From assembly GCA_963733195.1 (NCBI GenBank), contig CAVTCR010000073.1:1-64000 (forward strand): a stretch of 64,000 bases of DNA, in the 5' to 3' direction. Shown here one piece after another: positions 46,707 through 57,272 of this stretch. The notes beneath the pieces are model-generated. The model ran no database searches. It had not been told where the DNA came from and saw only the letters and a program-made list of their open reading frames with translations. How positions within the stretch are numbered: the stretch's first letter is position 1; every line of letters begins with the position of its first letter. Made by a program: the position numbers and the translations under genes. Source of the DNA: an uncultured delta proteobacterium. Its GTDB lineage: Bacteria; Desulfobacterota; Binatia; Bin18.

Positions 46707-46877
46707 ATGACTGATATCGCCTTCTGGTCTGCTACCGCACTAGTTGCCATCATTCGAGATCGTGAAGTCAGTAGCCGGGAACTATTAGAGCACTATCTCA
46801 GACGTGTTGAACGCTACAATCCGCAGCTTAACGCCATCGTCACGCTTGATGTATCGTTGTGGATGCTGACATGCTAA
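46707..46877 (+). pseudogene. N-terminal amidase fragment
   Basis: MTDIAFWSATALVAIIRDREVSSRELLEHYLRRVERYNPQLNAIVTLD followed by a stop 8 residues later (not in the ORF track). Confidence 0.75.
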
Positions 46878-47353
46878 CACTTGTTGCGACCTATCGGCGC
46901 ATAATCCACGCCTCACTCGAACGCATCTGGGAAAACGTACTCGACTGGGAACATCTGCCATGGTTGCATCGCAAGTCTTTTGCTGCGATTCAATTGATTG
47001 ACCAAACGCCTGAGGGGTGGCGTGCGCGGGTTACGCTTGCGCCTGCGGAGAAGAAACGGGAAGCCGTCATTGCGATTGAGACGGATAAGCCAAACCTACG
47101 CTACTGGAGCCGTACAGTCGAAGGGCAGGGGGCTGGGAATGAAGTCCTCACTTGTCTGAGCCCGGTGAGCCAATATGTCACCGACCTTGTCGTCGAGTTT
47201 CGTGCTCCGTCGCTCCCTCCAGACAAAGCGCAGGCATTAGGAGATGCATACCTGCGCCTCTACGAGCAGTTGTGGGATGAAGATGAGCGGATGATGCAGC
47301 GACGCCAAGCGTTGTTAGATCGTGGCTGGAAGCAAGGACAAAAAAGAGAGTGA
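46871..47353 (+). CDS. SRPBCC/START-like domain protein
   Basis: ERIWENVLDWEHLPWLH resembles an oxygenase catalytic-domain motif; no Rieske ligands are present. Confidence 0.55.
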   Translation: MLTLVATYRRIIHASLERIWENVLDWEHLPWLHRKSFAAIQLIDQTPEGWRARVTLAPAEKKREAVIAIETDKPNLRYWSRTVEGQGAGNEVLTCLSPVSQYVTDLVVEFRAPSLPPDKAQALGDAYLRLYEQLWDEDERMMQRRQALLDRGWKQGQKRE

Positions 47354-47399
47354 CTTGTAAGGCGGAAGTGAGAAAGAGGGAGCGGCAGCTTGAGAAAGT

Positions 47400-47485
47400 T
47401 TGTAGATATAGATATGCGAAAAGTATCTACTACTAGTAGATATATTGAAATTTATATATGTAGATACTGATATCTACTATTAGAC
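47400..47485 (+). promoter_or_regulatory. AT-rich attI-like site
   Basis: Repeated GTAGATA/TATCTAC boxes ending in ATTAGAC, whose TTAGAC is complementary to the cassette 1 R'' box GTCTAAC. Confidence 0.5.
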
Positions 47486-47498
47486 GGAGGACTGAGTC

Positions 47499-48116
47499 GT
47501 GGCCATCTACGCCGTGTTTGGCATCGGTGTCGGAAATCTCGGGCGAGGCCGGGCACCCCGTCGCCCAATGCCGAGGTGGGTCGAGATGCTCAACGGACAT
47601 CTACCCGAAGGAAGCCCGACTGCGCGGATCATAGGATTCTTCGGACATACGGGCAACTTTTTGGCTGATTCGCCGTCGACCGAGCTCGAGGCAGTCACTG
47701 CCCGATTCAACAGTCTGCTCGATATCGAATGGGTCGTACGCCCAATCGACGACGTTCGCGCCGCCTTGTCGGCGCTGGCTGACGCTCCTGAACCGGAGGC
47801 CGAGGATGGTATCCGGTGGACGCTTGGTCTCGCGTTTCACGGGCTAAACGGCACCGAGGGCAGCTATATCTCAACAACGCCGCGAGCCATCCTCTGGAAG
47901 ATCTCGCCCTGCACCATAGGTGTGTGGAAGCGCGACAATCTCGGTGCGGACAAGACGCTCGACAAAGACCGGCGAGGTGGTGGCTGGGGGCACATTTCCG
48001 ACGATGTTGAAAAACAACTCGGTGGTCGCTGGACGGCGCGAAGCCGTCGGACAGTTGACGGACTCGTCCGGAGGACGGCGAAGGCTGAAAGGCATGTGGC
48101 CAATAACCCCGTCTAA
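47499..48116 (+). CDS. Integron cassette 1, hypothetical protein
   Basis: The ORF stop lies within the GTCTAAC box of the attC site; GC content rises abruptly. Confidence 0.7.
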   Translation: MAIYAVFGIGVGNLGRGRAPRRPMPRWVEMLNGHLPEGSPTARIIGFFGHTGNFLADSPSTELEAVTARFNSLLDIEWVVRPIDDVRAALSALADAPEPEAEDGIRWTLGLAFHGLNGTEGSYISTTPRAILWKISPCTIGVWKRDNLGADKTLDKDRRGGGWGHISDDVEKQLGGRWTARSRRTVDGLVRRTAKAERHVANNPV

Positions 48117-48182
48117 CCCCGCAGTCGAGCAGACCACTGGTTCGCATTCGCTCGCTGCGGCCGCTCACCGCGAGCGTGAGGC
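48111..48182 (+). mobile_element. attC site (72 bp)
   Basis: GTCTAAC-CCCGCAGTCGAGC...GCTCACCGCGAGC-GTGAGGC imperfect palindrome. Confidence 0.8.
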
Positions 48183-48203
48183 CGCTTAGTAAGGGAGATC
48201 ATC

Positions 48204-48980
48204 ATGAAGGCGAGGCGATCGATCGTGGATCGATTGATCCAGCTTGTGAGGCCCCGGCTGGTGAGCAGCTTCGCGCCGCCTCCCACGCAGATCGCTGCGG
48301 ATCTCTGGTCGCTCGAGCGTCGTCTTCGCATGCCGAGCGGTCCCGGTCTTCCAGCTCGCACAACCGTGATTCGTTTACGCTCCGACACGCTCCTGGTTGT
48401 ATCGCCGCCGCCGGTCGAGGCAGGGGGACTCGAAGGCGTGGAGGCTCTCGGATCCGTCGAGGAGGTTCTTGTTCCCAACAGCTTTCACTACCTGAACGTG
48501 CCTGGGTTTCTCGCGCGGTATCCACAGGCGACTCTTCGGGTGGTGCCAGGGCTCTACGAGCGGGTCCCTGGGTTACCCCGCGGCCAGGAGCTGCCGGAGC
48601 TACCTCCCCTGTCTTGGCGCGGGGAGATCGAGCACCGTGTACTTGGGCCGGTCCGCGGCGTTTCCGAGGTGGCCCTCTTCCATCGCCCGAGCGCGACCCT
48701 GATTCTCACCGATCTGGCGTTTCACATGCTGCAGTTCGAGAATCGTCTTGCGCGAGTAGTCTGGCGGTTGGCAGGCGTGCCGAGGGGGTTTGGTCCAAGC
48801 CGCACCGCTCGGCTCTTGCTCCTGGGTGATCGGGTCGCGGCAGCTGGGTTTCTCGAGCGCGTGCTCACTTGGCCGTTTCAGCGTGTGCTGGTCGCGCACG
48901 GGGAGCCGCTTGAGGCGAACGCGGTCGATGTGTTTCGGCGGGCCTTCGCACCGTATCTCGCCCGGACGGACGCGGCCTAA
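48204..48980 (+). CDS. Integron cassette 2, DUF4336-like (metallo-beta-lactamase fold) protein
   Basis: RTTVIRL, VPNSFH, EVALFHRPSATLILTD and VAHG; the stop lies inside GCCTAAC. Confidence 0.8.
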   Translation: MKARRSIVDRLIQLVRPRLVSSFAPPPTQIAADLWSLERRLRMPSGPGLPARTTVIRLRSDTLLVVSPPPVEAGGLEGVEALGSVEEVLVPNSFHYLNVPGFLARYPQATLRVVPGLYERVPGLPRGQELPELPPLSWRGEIEHRVLGPVRGVSEVALFHRPSATLILTDLAFHMLQFENRLARVVWRLAGVPRGFGPSRTARLLLLGDRVAAAGFLERVLTWPFQRVLVAHGEPLEANAVDVFRRAFAPYLARTDAA

Positions 48981-49017
48981 CCCCAATGGTGAGCCGGCAG
49001 AGCCAAGCGGTTGGGGC
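48975..49017 (+). mobile_element. Degenerate/short attC
   Basis: GCCTAACC...GGTTGGGGC; the R'' box GCCTAAC is complementary, with one mismatch, to the preceding GTGAGGC. Confidence 0.5.
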
Positions 49018-49095
49018 TGACTTGATTTCGGTTGCTGGTCACAGCCTGGGAAGTGCCGGAACTGTTGTAACGTTCTTGTTTTTCCGGAGTTTGGA

Positions 49096-49851
49096 TTGAA
49101 CGAGCGTGTCGAACATCATCGACTCAGCCATCGCCCCTGGCCACTACCTTCGAAGCCGTGGGCGATGGCACAGGTGTGGCACGATTTGCTGTTTGCGCAC
49201 TGGCCCGTTTCTGTTGCTCAACTCCGTCCGTTGATTCCCGCAGGGTTGCAGATTGATACGTATGAAGGGCAAGCATGGATCGGGGTCGTTCCGTTTCGTA
49301 TGAGCGGTATTCGCCCGCGATTACTTCCGGCGGTTCCGTGGTTGTCAGCTTTTCCTGAACTGAATGTGAGGACCTATGTTGTTGCTGACGAGAAGCCTGG
49401 CGTGTGGTTCTTCAGCCTCGACGCCGCCAACGTGGTAGCTGTAGCGATTGCGCGCCGATGGTATCTGCTACCCTATTTTCACGCCCGGATGTCGTGTCGA
49501 GCGGACGGTGATAGCATTATTTACTCCAGCCAGCGCATCCATCGCGCGGCTCCGTCTGCGACCTTCGTCGGACAGTACCACCCAACGAGTGATATCTTTC
49601 ATGCACAAAAGGGATCGCTTGAGTATTGGCTCACTGAACGTTACTGTCTCTACGTGGCAGGCGCCCAGCAACACCTCTATCGTGGCGAAATCGACCATCG
49701 CCCGTGGCCCTTACAATTGGCCACGGCTACGATCAGAGAAAATACGATGACGCTTTCCCTTGGTATTCAGCTACCTGAAGTGCCGCCTTTGCTACACTTC
49801 GCTCGACGGCAAGATGTCGTCGTCTGGCAACTCGCTCCTGTCAATCGGTAA
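49096..49851 (+). CDS. YqjF/DUF2071 family protein
   Basis: WHDLLFAHW, FPELNVRTYV and WLTERYCLY. Confidence 0.92.
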   Translation: MNERVEHHRLSHRPWPLPSKPWAMAQVWHDLLFAHWPVSVAQLRPLIPAGLQIDTYEGQAWIGVVPFRMSGIRPRLLPAVPWLSAFPELNVRTYVVADEKPGVWFFSLDAANVVAVAIARRWYLLPYFHARMSCRADGDSIIYSSQRIHRAAPSATFVGQYHPTSDIFHAQKGSLEYWLTERYCLYVAGAQQHLYRGEIDHRPWPLQLATATIRENTMTLSLGIQLPEVPPLLHFARRQDVVVWQLAPVNR

Positions 49852-49976
49852 TTTCTACCACACCTCCCTTTGACAGATGGAGCAAAACCCTTTAAATTGA
49901 CAGGGCATCTCACCGATCCTCATTCTTGAGCTACCTGTATTGCTGTAACCTGCGAGCACGATGCAGAGGAGGGCTT

Positions 49977-50192
49977 ATGGGGGTGTTGTATTATCTAGCC
50001 CTAGTCCTCGGGTTGTTTGGTGGATGTTGGGTGATGGTGGGGGAGTACACAGCCCGTTGGCTATTCATGACGGTGCACTTCGGTTGTGCAATGGCAATTC
50101 TACTCTTGTACATGAGAGAATTGCTGAGCCGTCGTCTAGCAGAAGCGCAGAGCATCGAAACCACGACTTCTTCTCGTCAACTCCATTCCTGA
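49977..50192 (+). CDS. Small membrane protein
   Basis: Two hydrophobic segments and an RBS. Confidence 0.5.
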   Translation: MGVLYYLALVLGLFGGCWVMVGEYTARWLFMTVHFGCAMAILLLYMRELLSRRLAEAQSIETTTSSRQLHS

Positions 50193-50245
50193 TGTAGTGC
50201 GCAAGTGAACGGACACCAGGGACGATCACCTTGTCCCTCTGTTCG

Positions 50246-50860
50246 TTATTCAATATGAGCAAGCAGCTCTAATAATCGCTCGATTACTAGATCTGCAGTC
50301 ACGTTCCACGTCGGCGTTTTCCCATTGGTCAATAATGCCGTCATGGCTCCGGCAGCTTTGCCTGCGTCGGTATCGTGTCGATAATCACCAACCATTAAGA
50401 GTTGGTCAATCGGCACCGTGAGTCTCTCTGCTGTGTAGTGCAGGCACGCTGGGTGAGGTTTCGGTGGGGCATCCTCGCGGGCGACTAACTGGTCAACCGC
50501 AACATCAAGCCGCTTACACACTGCCAGCAGTGACGCTCGGCTGTTGCGCGTGACGATTGCCATTGGCAATCCCATGTTACGCACGGCTGTTACAGTTTCC
50601 TGTGCGCCATCATTCCAAGTAACGTTCTCAACGCCATCTTGTTCAAACGCGTCGATGATCTGGGCAGCGCGGAAACGTTCTTGGGGAGATAAACCATCGA
50701 GCCACTGTAAGATATCACCTTCCGGAAGATTGAGCTGTTTCCGTAGGCGAGTAAAGTCCAAGTATGGTCGGGTGAGCGTACTATCGAGGTCAAAGGCGAT
50801 AGCCCGTAGCGGGCGGCTCTCACCCTGTAAACGAAGAGCGCGTTGGTGTTTCATGTTCAC
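50246..50860 (-). CDS. HAD-family hydrolase
   Basis: FDLDSTL, KPHP and VGDYRHD. Confidence 0.9.
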   Translation of the reverse strand: MNMKHQRALRLQGESRPLRAIAFDLDSTLTRPYLDFTRLRKQLNLPEGDILQWLDGLSPQERFRAAQIIDAFEQDGVENVTWNDGAQETVTAVRNMGLPMAIVTRNSRASLLAVCKRLDVAVDQLVAREDAPPKPHPACLHYTAERLTVPIDQLLMVGDYRHDTDAGKAAGAMTALLTNGKTPTWNVTADLVIERLLELLAHIE

Positions 50861-51067
50861 TTGGTATCTCGGTTGGCTGTTTTACTTCGTTGGCGATAGT
50901 TGTCAACATGATTCTGCTCCAAATGCGTGAAACGTAAAACGTGATGTGTAAAGCGTGAAAGTAGCGTGATGCGTAAAACGAAAAAGAATCCTCCTCTTCT
51001 TACGTATTACGTGAGTTTATCACGTCGCTCGGGTTCTTGATTCGTCTCGAAGGTACGATGCGAAACG

Positions 51068-51910
51068 CTAGACGAGCCCCGAGCGATACGTCGGATATAC
51101 AGGCGACCATGCCAAAGCATCTTTGATTCGCTGATTACTGGCCGCGAATGAAGGCAAGAATTCGGAGCCACCAGGAGTTGGTACTGGGCCGCCAACCAGT
51201 GTGGCTAGAGTAGAGAGAAAGTCCCGGTAGGTGACTGGTAGGTCGTCAACAACATGATAGAGGCTGCGAGGAGGCGCTTTCTCGGTTGCCAACACGGTAG
51301 CTGTTGCCATATCGACTTGATGAATGAGCGAGAGTCGGCTATCGCCAGTACCGGGAAGTTGGAGTGACCCCTGTCGAGCTGTCACTCTCCAGGCGTCTTC
51401 AAAGGTATTGGGGCCGTAGAAGAATCCTCCGCGCAGGATGCACCATTCAAGAGAAGAAGCTTGAACTAATGCTTCCATGTCGAGCGTGGATTGTAGAAAT
51501 GGATTCGGTTGGAGCGGCGTTGATTCATCAGCAAGTGTTGTTCCCGTGTCCCCACAGAGAAACGCTGTACTTTGTTGAACGTACCGGCGAACACCAGCCT
51601 GCTGACACGCCGCAAGCAGATGCTGGGTGCCTTCGCGACGGATACGATCGTTTAATCCCCAGTCCTGTGCGCCTCCAGGTTTCGGGATCGCCGTGGCGAG
51701 ATGCAACGCCGCATCACAGCTAGCCACGGAGGCAGCGACACTCACCGCATCGAGAATATCACCAAGTCGCGCATCGACTCCCAACTGCTGAAATGTAGTA
51801 GCTTGTGTGGGTTGCCGCACAACGACGCGCACTTGGTGTCCACGTTCGACGAGGCGTGGAACGACATGTCTACCGAGGACTCCAGTTGCACCAAAAATAA
51901 CAACTCGCAT
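51068..51910 (-). CDS. NAD-dependent epimerase/dehydratase
   Basis: GATGVLG Rossmann motif. Confidence 0.88.
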   Translation of the reverse strand: MRVVIFGATGVLGRHVVPRLVERGHQVRVVVRQPTQATTFQQLGVDARLGDILDAVSVAASVASCDAALHLATAIPKPGGAQDWGLNDRIRREGTQHLLAACQQAGVRRYVQQSTAFLCGDTGTTLADESTPLQPNPFLQSTLDMEALVQASSLEWCILRGGFFYGPNTFEDAWRVTARQGSLQLPGTGDSRLSLIHQVDMATATVLATEKAPPRSLYHVVDDLPVTYRDFLSTLATLVGGPVPTPGGSEFLPSFAASNQRIKDALAWSPVYPTYRSGLV

Positions 51911-51934
51911 ATTGCTCTTTCCGCTTCATTATGA

Positions 51935-52834
51935 CTACTGCTTCTCCAGTGCTATCTCTCGTCGTAACAGTTCGGGAACGGTTTCGTCGCTGACCTCCAA
52001 GCCAGTGGCGAACTGGAGTTCGTTCATCGTCTTTTCGGTTTGGACCATACTGGTGACGACTTGGTCGACTTGACCGGAGATGAAATCGGGTTCTTGGCGA
52101 TTAATAGCTAACTCACTTAGAGATTGAATCTTGTTTTCGAGTCGGTCGATTTCTAAACGCACGATTTCCCGATTGTCGCGGGCTTTTTGTAGATTCGCCA
52201 AACGCGCTTTGCTCGTTGCCAAATGATCTTCGAGGGTTTTACGAATTTTCTGTTGCTGTGGGTCCTCGCTGTTGCTTGGGACACCATTAAGTTGCACTTC
52301 TAATCGGGTAATGTCTTTCTGAATCTGGTCGTCGCTTGTGCGCATGAGAAAGCGATCAAGCGCATATTGCGAAAACAGCAAACGCAAATAGATCCATAAC
52401 AAACGATCGAGTCCAGCGAATTGCATCTCTTCCAGTGGATTATCGGTTTGCAGGGTCGGGGTAGCACCAGGCGATTTCACCAGCGTCGGGTCCTTGATCT
52501 CCATCGCGATCTGTCGCAACTCCAGACAACGTCGGCGCAGTGTTTCAAACCGTTGACGCATGTTGTCTGGCAAGGCGTTCATAAGTCGCTGAAGCGTCTG
52601 ATCCGCGCTCACTGCTCCCTGCTCACGAGTGGCCTTGGCTGCTTGTGCATCAACGTAGCGCTGGAACTTCGAGTTGGCACCGAGCAATCCGACATACGTT
52701 AGCTCTCCCGCGAGCACGAGGGGAATGAAAACGTCCGGTGCTCCACTCAGCCAGGCAAAACCCAGCGAGCCAAAGAGCGCGAGCAGGTTCCAGCGATTTT
52801 TGAAAGCTGCTTTAAGATACCGACCGAATCCCAC
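51935..52834 (-). CDS. Two-TM coiled-coil protein of unknown function
   Basis: N-terminal TM hairpin followed by long heptad regions. Confidence 0.75.
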   Translation of the reverse strand: MGFGRYLKAAFKNRWNLLALFGSLGFAWLSGAPDVFIPLVLAGELTYVGLLGANSKFQRYVDAQAAKATREQGAVSADQTLQRLMNALPDNMRQRFETLRRRCLELRQIAMEIKDPTLVKSPGATPTLQTDNPLEEMQFAGLDRLLWIYLRLLFSQYALDRFLMRTSDDQIQKDITRLEVQLNGVPSNSEDPQQQKIRKTLEDHLATSKARLANLQKARDNREIVRLEIDRLENKIQSLSELAINRQEPDFISGQVDQVVTSMVQTEKTMNELQFATGLEVSDETVPELLRREIALEKQ

Positions 52835-52856
52835 AACATACTCCGTATGCGAGCGA

Positions 52857-53777
52857 CTATGTCGCTGCTCGACGACTCTCTTCTAACTGACTGATCAGGT
52901 CACGGAGGTGATATACCGTCTCCTGAAACTTAGGATCACGCTGCATCTCCTTCGATGGTCGATCAGAAGGCTGAATTGTCAGTTCCTGGAGAATCGTTCC
53001 TGGCGAATTGCTCATGACATACGCGCGATCGCCAAGAAAGACTGCTTCCTCAATCGAATGGGTAATAAAGAACACCGTGGCTTGTACATCGTGCCACAAG
53101 GCAAGTAACAAGTCCTGCATGTTCATGCGGGTTTGTGGGTCAAGCGCGCCAAACGGTTCATCCATGAGAATAATCCGCGGTCGTAGAATCAACGTTCGGG
53201 CAATTGCCACACGTTGACGCATGCCACCCGAGAGTTCGTGTGGGTACTTATTGTGATCGGTGTTGACGTTGAGCCCCACCCGTTGAATCCATTCTTTCCC
53301 AAGCTCTTCGCGCTGTTTACGAGGGAGACCTTGGCATTCCAAACCAAAAGTGACGTTTTCAAGGACGGTGCGATGATCGAAGCTGGTATAATCTTGAAAG
53401 ACCATGCCACGATCAGCGCCTGGTCCTATGACCGGCTGTTCCTGAACCAGCACGTCACCAATGGTCGCGGGATGCTGTGGCTCTAGTCCGGCGATGAGAC
53501 GTAGGATAGTGCTCTTGCCGCAGCCGCTGGGTCCGAGAATGCAGATAAATTCACCTTTCTCGTGGAAGTCTTCGACGACGAATGAGACATTCTTGATAGC
53601 TGTGAACGCATTCGGTTGGTCGATATTGTAGATCTTGGTCACGCCACGAAACTCGACGATGGTCGGTCGTGCGATTTCTGCCGGGGTGCGGACATGCTCC
53701 AATACCTGCCCTACACCAACTGGCTGAGCTGGAGGGGATGCGGTTTGAGGAGCCGGTGCAGTTTCGCTCTGACTCAT
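52857..53777 (-). CDS. ABC ATP-binding protein (NitT/TauT-type)
   Basis: GPSGCGKS, LSGGMRQ and DEPFGALD. Confidence 0.95.
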   Translation of the reverse strand: MSQSETAPAPQTASPPAQPVGVGQVLEHVRTPAEIARPTIVEFRGVTKIYNIDQPNAFTAIKNVSFVVEDFHEKGEFICILGPSGCGKSTILRLIAGLEPQHPATIGDVLVQEQPVIGPGADRGMVFQDYTSFDHRTVLENVTFGLECQGLPRKQREELGKEWIQRVGLNVNTDHNKYPHELSGGMRQRVAIARTLILRPRIILMDEPFGALDPQTRMNMQDLLLALWHDVQATVFFITHSIEEAVFLGDRAYVMSNSPGTILQELTIQPSDRPSKEMQRDPKFQETVYHLRDLISQLEESRRAAT

Positions 53778-54731
53778 GACTTTGCTACCGGAGGATTGGT
53801 TGGCTGTGATGTTACCGAAACAGGCGCCGGGTGCCTACGAAAGGCCGCAGTAATGTCTTCCCAGGTATGAAGTACATTCCGAAGCATTCGGTTCAGTACC
53901 CCAGTGCCACCATAGCGATGGGGAAACAATTCCTTTTGTATCCAGAACAACAGCCGGTCGATGAGCAGAGCGACGATCGGAATGATAATGAGTATTAACA
54001 GAATGTGTTCACGTGGACCCCGACGCATCGAGAGATTAATAAGATGTCCCAGGCCTCCCGTGTCGCCAATCGTCACTAACTCGCCCAACATGATGTAACC
54101 GAAAGCGAGGCCGAACAACAAACGGAGCGAGTTGAAAACACTCGGCATGGCTAACGGCACTAACACCTTCAAAACAGTCTGCCAACGACTGGCACCGAGC
54201 GTGTAGGCAGTATCGATGTACTGGTTACTCACGTCCATGATTGCACGCGCTGTGTCAGAAAAGACAAAGGCGACGCAGGCAATAAAAATGAACATCACTT
54301 TCTGAAATTCGCCAATACCGAACAGTGAGAAGGTGAGAGGGATTAATGCCGCAACTGGAATGTTACGCCCGAAGACAGACAAGGGGGCGAAAAAGGCGTT
54401 GATACGCGAGAAGCAGCCGCATAGCACGCCCAGCGGAACACCAATGAGAGCGGCAAGTCCAAATCCCAGTAGTACGCGCCACAGTGTCGCCAGGAGGTTG
54501 CGCGTCAGCGCGCGATCGAACCAGAGAGCTGGAGAATGATGCTAATGTTTCTCCCGGACTGGGCAAGACTGCGTAACTCAAAATTCGTTCTTCCGACTCA
54601 CCTCGGGTGACAAACCACCAAATGCCAATGCACAAAGTGAGGCATATCGCTCCAAACAGCCACGCTTGCCACTGGGGGGCTTCTTTGCGTAGAGCGAACA
54701 AGGAAAAAGAGGAGAGCGGGTCGGTTTTCAT
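53774..54731 (-). CDS. ABC permease (NitT/TauT-type), frameshifted
   Basis: LPSP, IPVAALIPL and DTAYTLGAS. Confidence 0.9.
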
Positions 54732-54844
54732 CGCGTTTCAACGGCTCACGATATAGAGATCCCGTCTGAAATGTTTAGCGGGCTCAGGATTTTTGTAGAG
54801 ACGCCCCGGCGAGGCGTCTCTACCCCATTCATAAACAGGCTGTT

Positions 54845-56625
54845 TTATTGTTTCTCCGCCGAAAAAATCCGCACCTCTACGCGGCGGTTTTTAGCGTGGT
54901 TCTCTGCATCGTTGCGGTCGATAGGCCGGTCCCAGCCCACACCATCAACCGCAAATTGGTTGGGATTTAACTTGAACTTGCGTACCAGCGCTTCTTTGAC
55001 GGCGTTGGCACGATTCATCGACAATTCTTTTACCACCGACGCAGGAACCTGGCCTTTCATTGAACTATCGGTATGGCCTTCGATAATGATCCGTGCCGCC
55101 CCGAATTGTCCGACTAATCGTCCGACTTCTTCCAGCACAAAATCCACCCGAGGGTCGTAGAGTTCTTCGACTTTCTTGCCATCTACTTCTTTGGTGACCT
55201 TCTTCAACAAATCCCAACTATTGGGATAGAAATGAATGATGATCGTGTTGGTCAGAATTTCATCTGATTCCCCACGAATATCACTCACCGTCGCTGGCGC
55301 GAGTTTGATCTGGTACTCATCTTTTTGTGCGGCATACTTCGGCTCTTTGCCCAGTTTATCGATAATTGAGAAATCCATCACCTGATCAAACGGTACAGGC
55401 TGGTGGGTGATCGCTCTAATACGTCGATACAGATAGTACGCCTGATTCCAAATCCTCTCAAAGTTGGTCGGGTTGTTTTGGTTCAGAAAGAACTGATGAT
55501 TCTCTCCCCAGTTGGTATTGTGCGCATCTCCGAGCATACTCAGCGCTTCGGTTGCTGGGATGTTGTACCCCTGCGCCATCAATTCCGCTAACCGCTTCTT
55601 TGCATCCTCGCTCTTCAAATCCTGCATGGCGTCGAAAATGCCGCGCACGAGCCCCTCAATAATGCCAGGATTATCTTTGGCGAAGTCTGCGCGTGCAAAC
55701 CATACATCGGCAATCAGTTTGTTGGCAGTAGAGGTGTTGACCAACATTCGGTTGCCACGAATCTTTTCCAGATTGTAAATATCGGGTGCCCACGAGACCA
55801 CGCCAGCCAGATCTTTCTGCGCGTTAAAGGCAGCCGCAGCCTGGAAAGCATCCTCGGTAAAGACCATCTGTACTTCGGCTGGCTGGACACCGCCCGAGAC
55901 ACAGCATGTTCAACGCGAAGTAATGTGAGGGTGAATTTTGTGCGAGCACTAACTTTTTCCCGCGGAGGTCGGCAACCGTTTTGATGTTTTCACGAACGAC
56001 AATCCCGTCACCGCCGCTAGACCAGTCGATTTGCTGATAAATGCGGGGCATGACACGACTGTCGCGTGGCTTACCAGTTGAATCGACAAAGCCTTCCATG
56101 AACAATGGGACCATATCGAGTGTGGCCCAACCGATGTGGACCTCACCAACGGCGTAGGCGTCTCGCATTGCCACCGGATTATCGATCAGGACGAGTTCGA
56201 CTTTGAAGTCTTTCCCATCGGGTGTTTTCCACACCTTGCCTGACTTAAAGCCGTTGTTGGCGAGAATGATTGGACCCCAACCGGCCCACACATTCAGGGC
56301 GAAGCGTACGGTGTTATCGGCGAGCGGCTTGTACCCGGCAGTCCCTTTTACTTCAGGCAAACGTTCGCTGGGTCGGAAACTATACTCTTTGACGGTGGTG
56401 ACGCTAGCCGAATCTGCAGCCTCTGGGCCTGCATCAGCAGGAGACGAAGGCATAGGAGTGACACCAGGAGTGACGGTTGGGGTTGTCAGTTCCTAGATCG
56501 GCAGGTTGATTTTCTTGCGTTCCTTTCGGCGCCAGTAGGTCACTCCGGTTCATAGCGAAATACACCAAGCCGCCGACGACCAATAAGAGGGCAATATAAA
56601 ACGGTGCTTTTGGTCCCCCACCCAT
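54845..56625 (-). CDS. Membrane-anchored SsuA/THI5-like substrate-binding protein fused to an OmpA domain, two frameshifts
   Basis: N-terminal TM, DWSSGGDGIV, IADVW; C-terminal IEGHTD..LSMNRANAV..NRRVE. Confidence 0.88.
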
Positions 56626-56699
56626 ATGTGTTGTCTCCCGTCAGATATTTGGTTGTGTTTTCGTTATCGTAGGGGCGTATAGCTATACGCCCCTATACG

Positions 56700-57248
56700 T
56701 TATCCATGGAAAGTAGTTTTCGGTCGTGCTTGCTCCATCGCATATAACATCTGCATGATGGCATACGCTGTCAACTCGCACAGCAGTTGTGTGACCTTTG
56801 CGTGCAATGCATCGTCGAGTTGCGGGTCGATCTCTTTCAGTAGTTTGACGACCAGTTTTTCTTGACTTTGTATCTCAGCTTCGTCAACCCGACCATCCGC
56901 CATTGTCGAAATAAACGATTCGAGCTGGCGTGCATGGTCATCAATCAGCGGGGTTTGCGTCAATTCGTCAACCCAGCTTGGGCGGTTAGGCGAGACGGTA
57001 GGTTTCTGGACGGGCTTTCTTGCCGGTACAGCTTTACGGGTGAGAACCTTTGGTTTTACGAGTTTACGTGTGGCGGGTTTCTTGACTGCTTTCTTCATGG
57101 CGACTTTTTTTGCGACAGATTTCTTCACCAGTTTTTTCACGACCTTCTTCTTTGCCGCGAGTTTTTTTGCTGCTGCTTTTTTCTTCGTCGCTGTGGCTTT
57201 TTTCACGGGACGGGGAGATGTTCGCGTTTTTACTTTTTTTGCTGCCAT
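56700..57248 (-). CDS. Protein with Lys/Ala-rich histone H1-like N-terminus and helical C-terminal domain
   Basis: KKAAAKK-type repeats over about 85 aa; C-terminal MADGRVDEAE. Confidence 0.75.
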   Translation of the reverse strand: MAAKKVKTRTSPRPVKKATATKKKAAAKKLAAKKKVVKKLVKKSVAKKVAMKKAVKKPATRKLVKPKVLTRKAVPARKPVQKPTVSPNRPSWVDELTQTPLIDDHARQLESFISTMADGRVDEAEIQSQEKLVVKLLKEIDPQLDDALHAKVTQLLCELTAYAIMQMLYAMEQARPKTTFHG

Positions 57249-57272
57249 GCCCTCTCCTTATCGTGGGACGTT

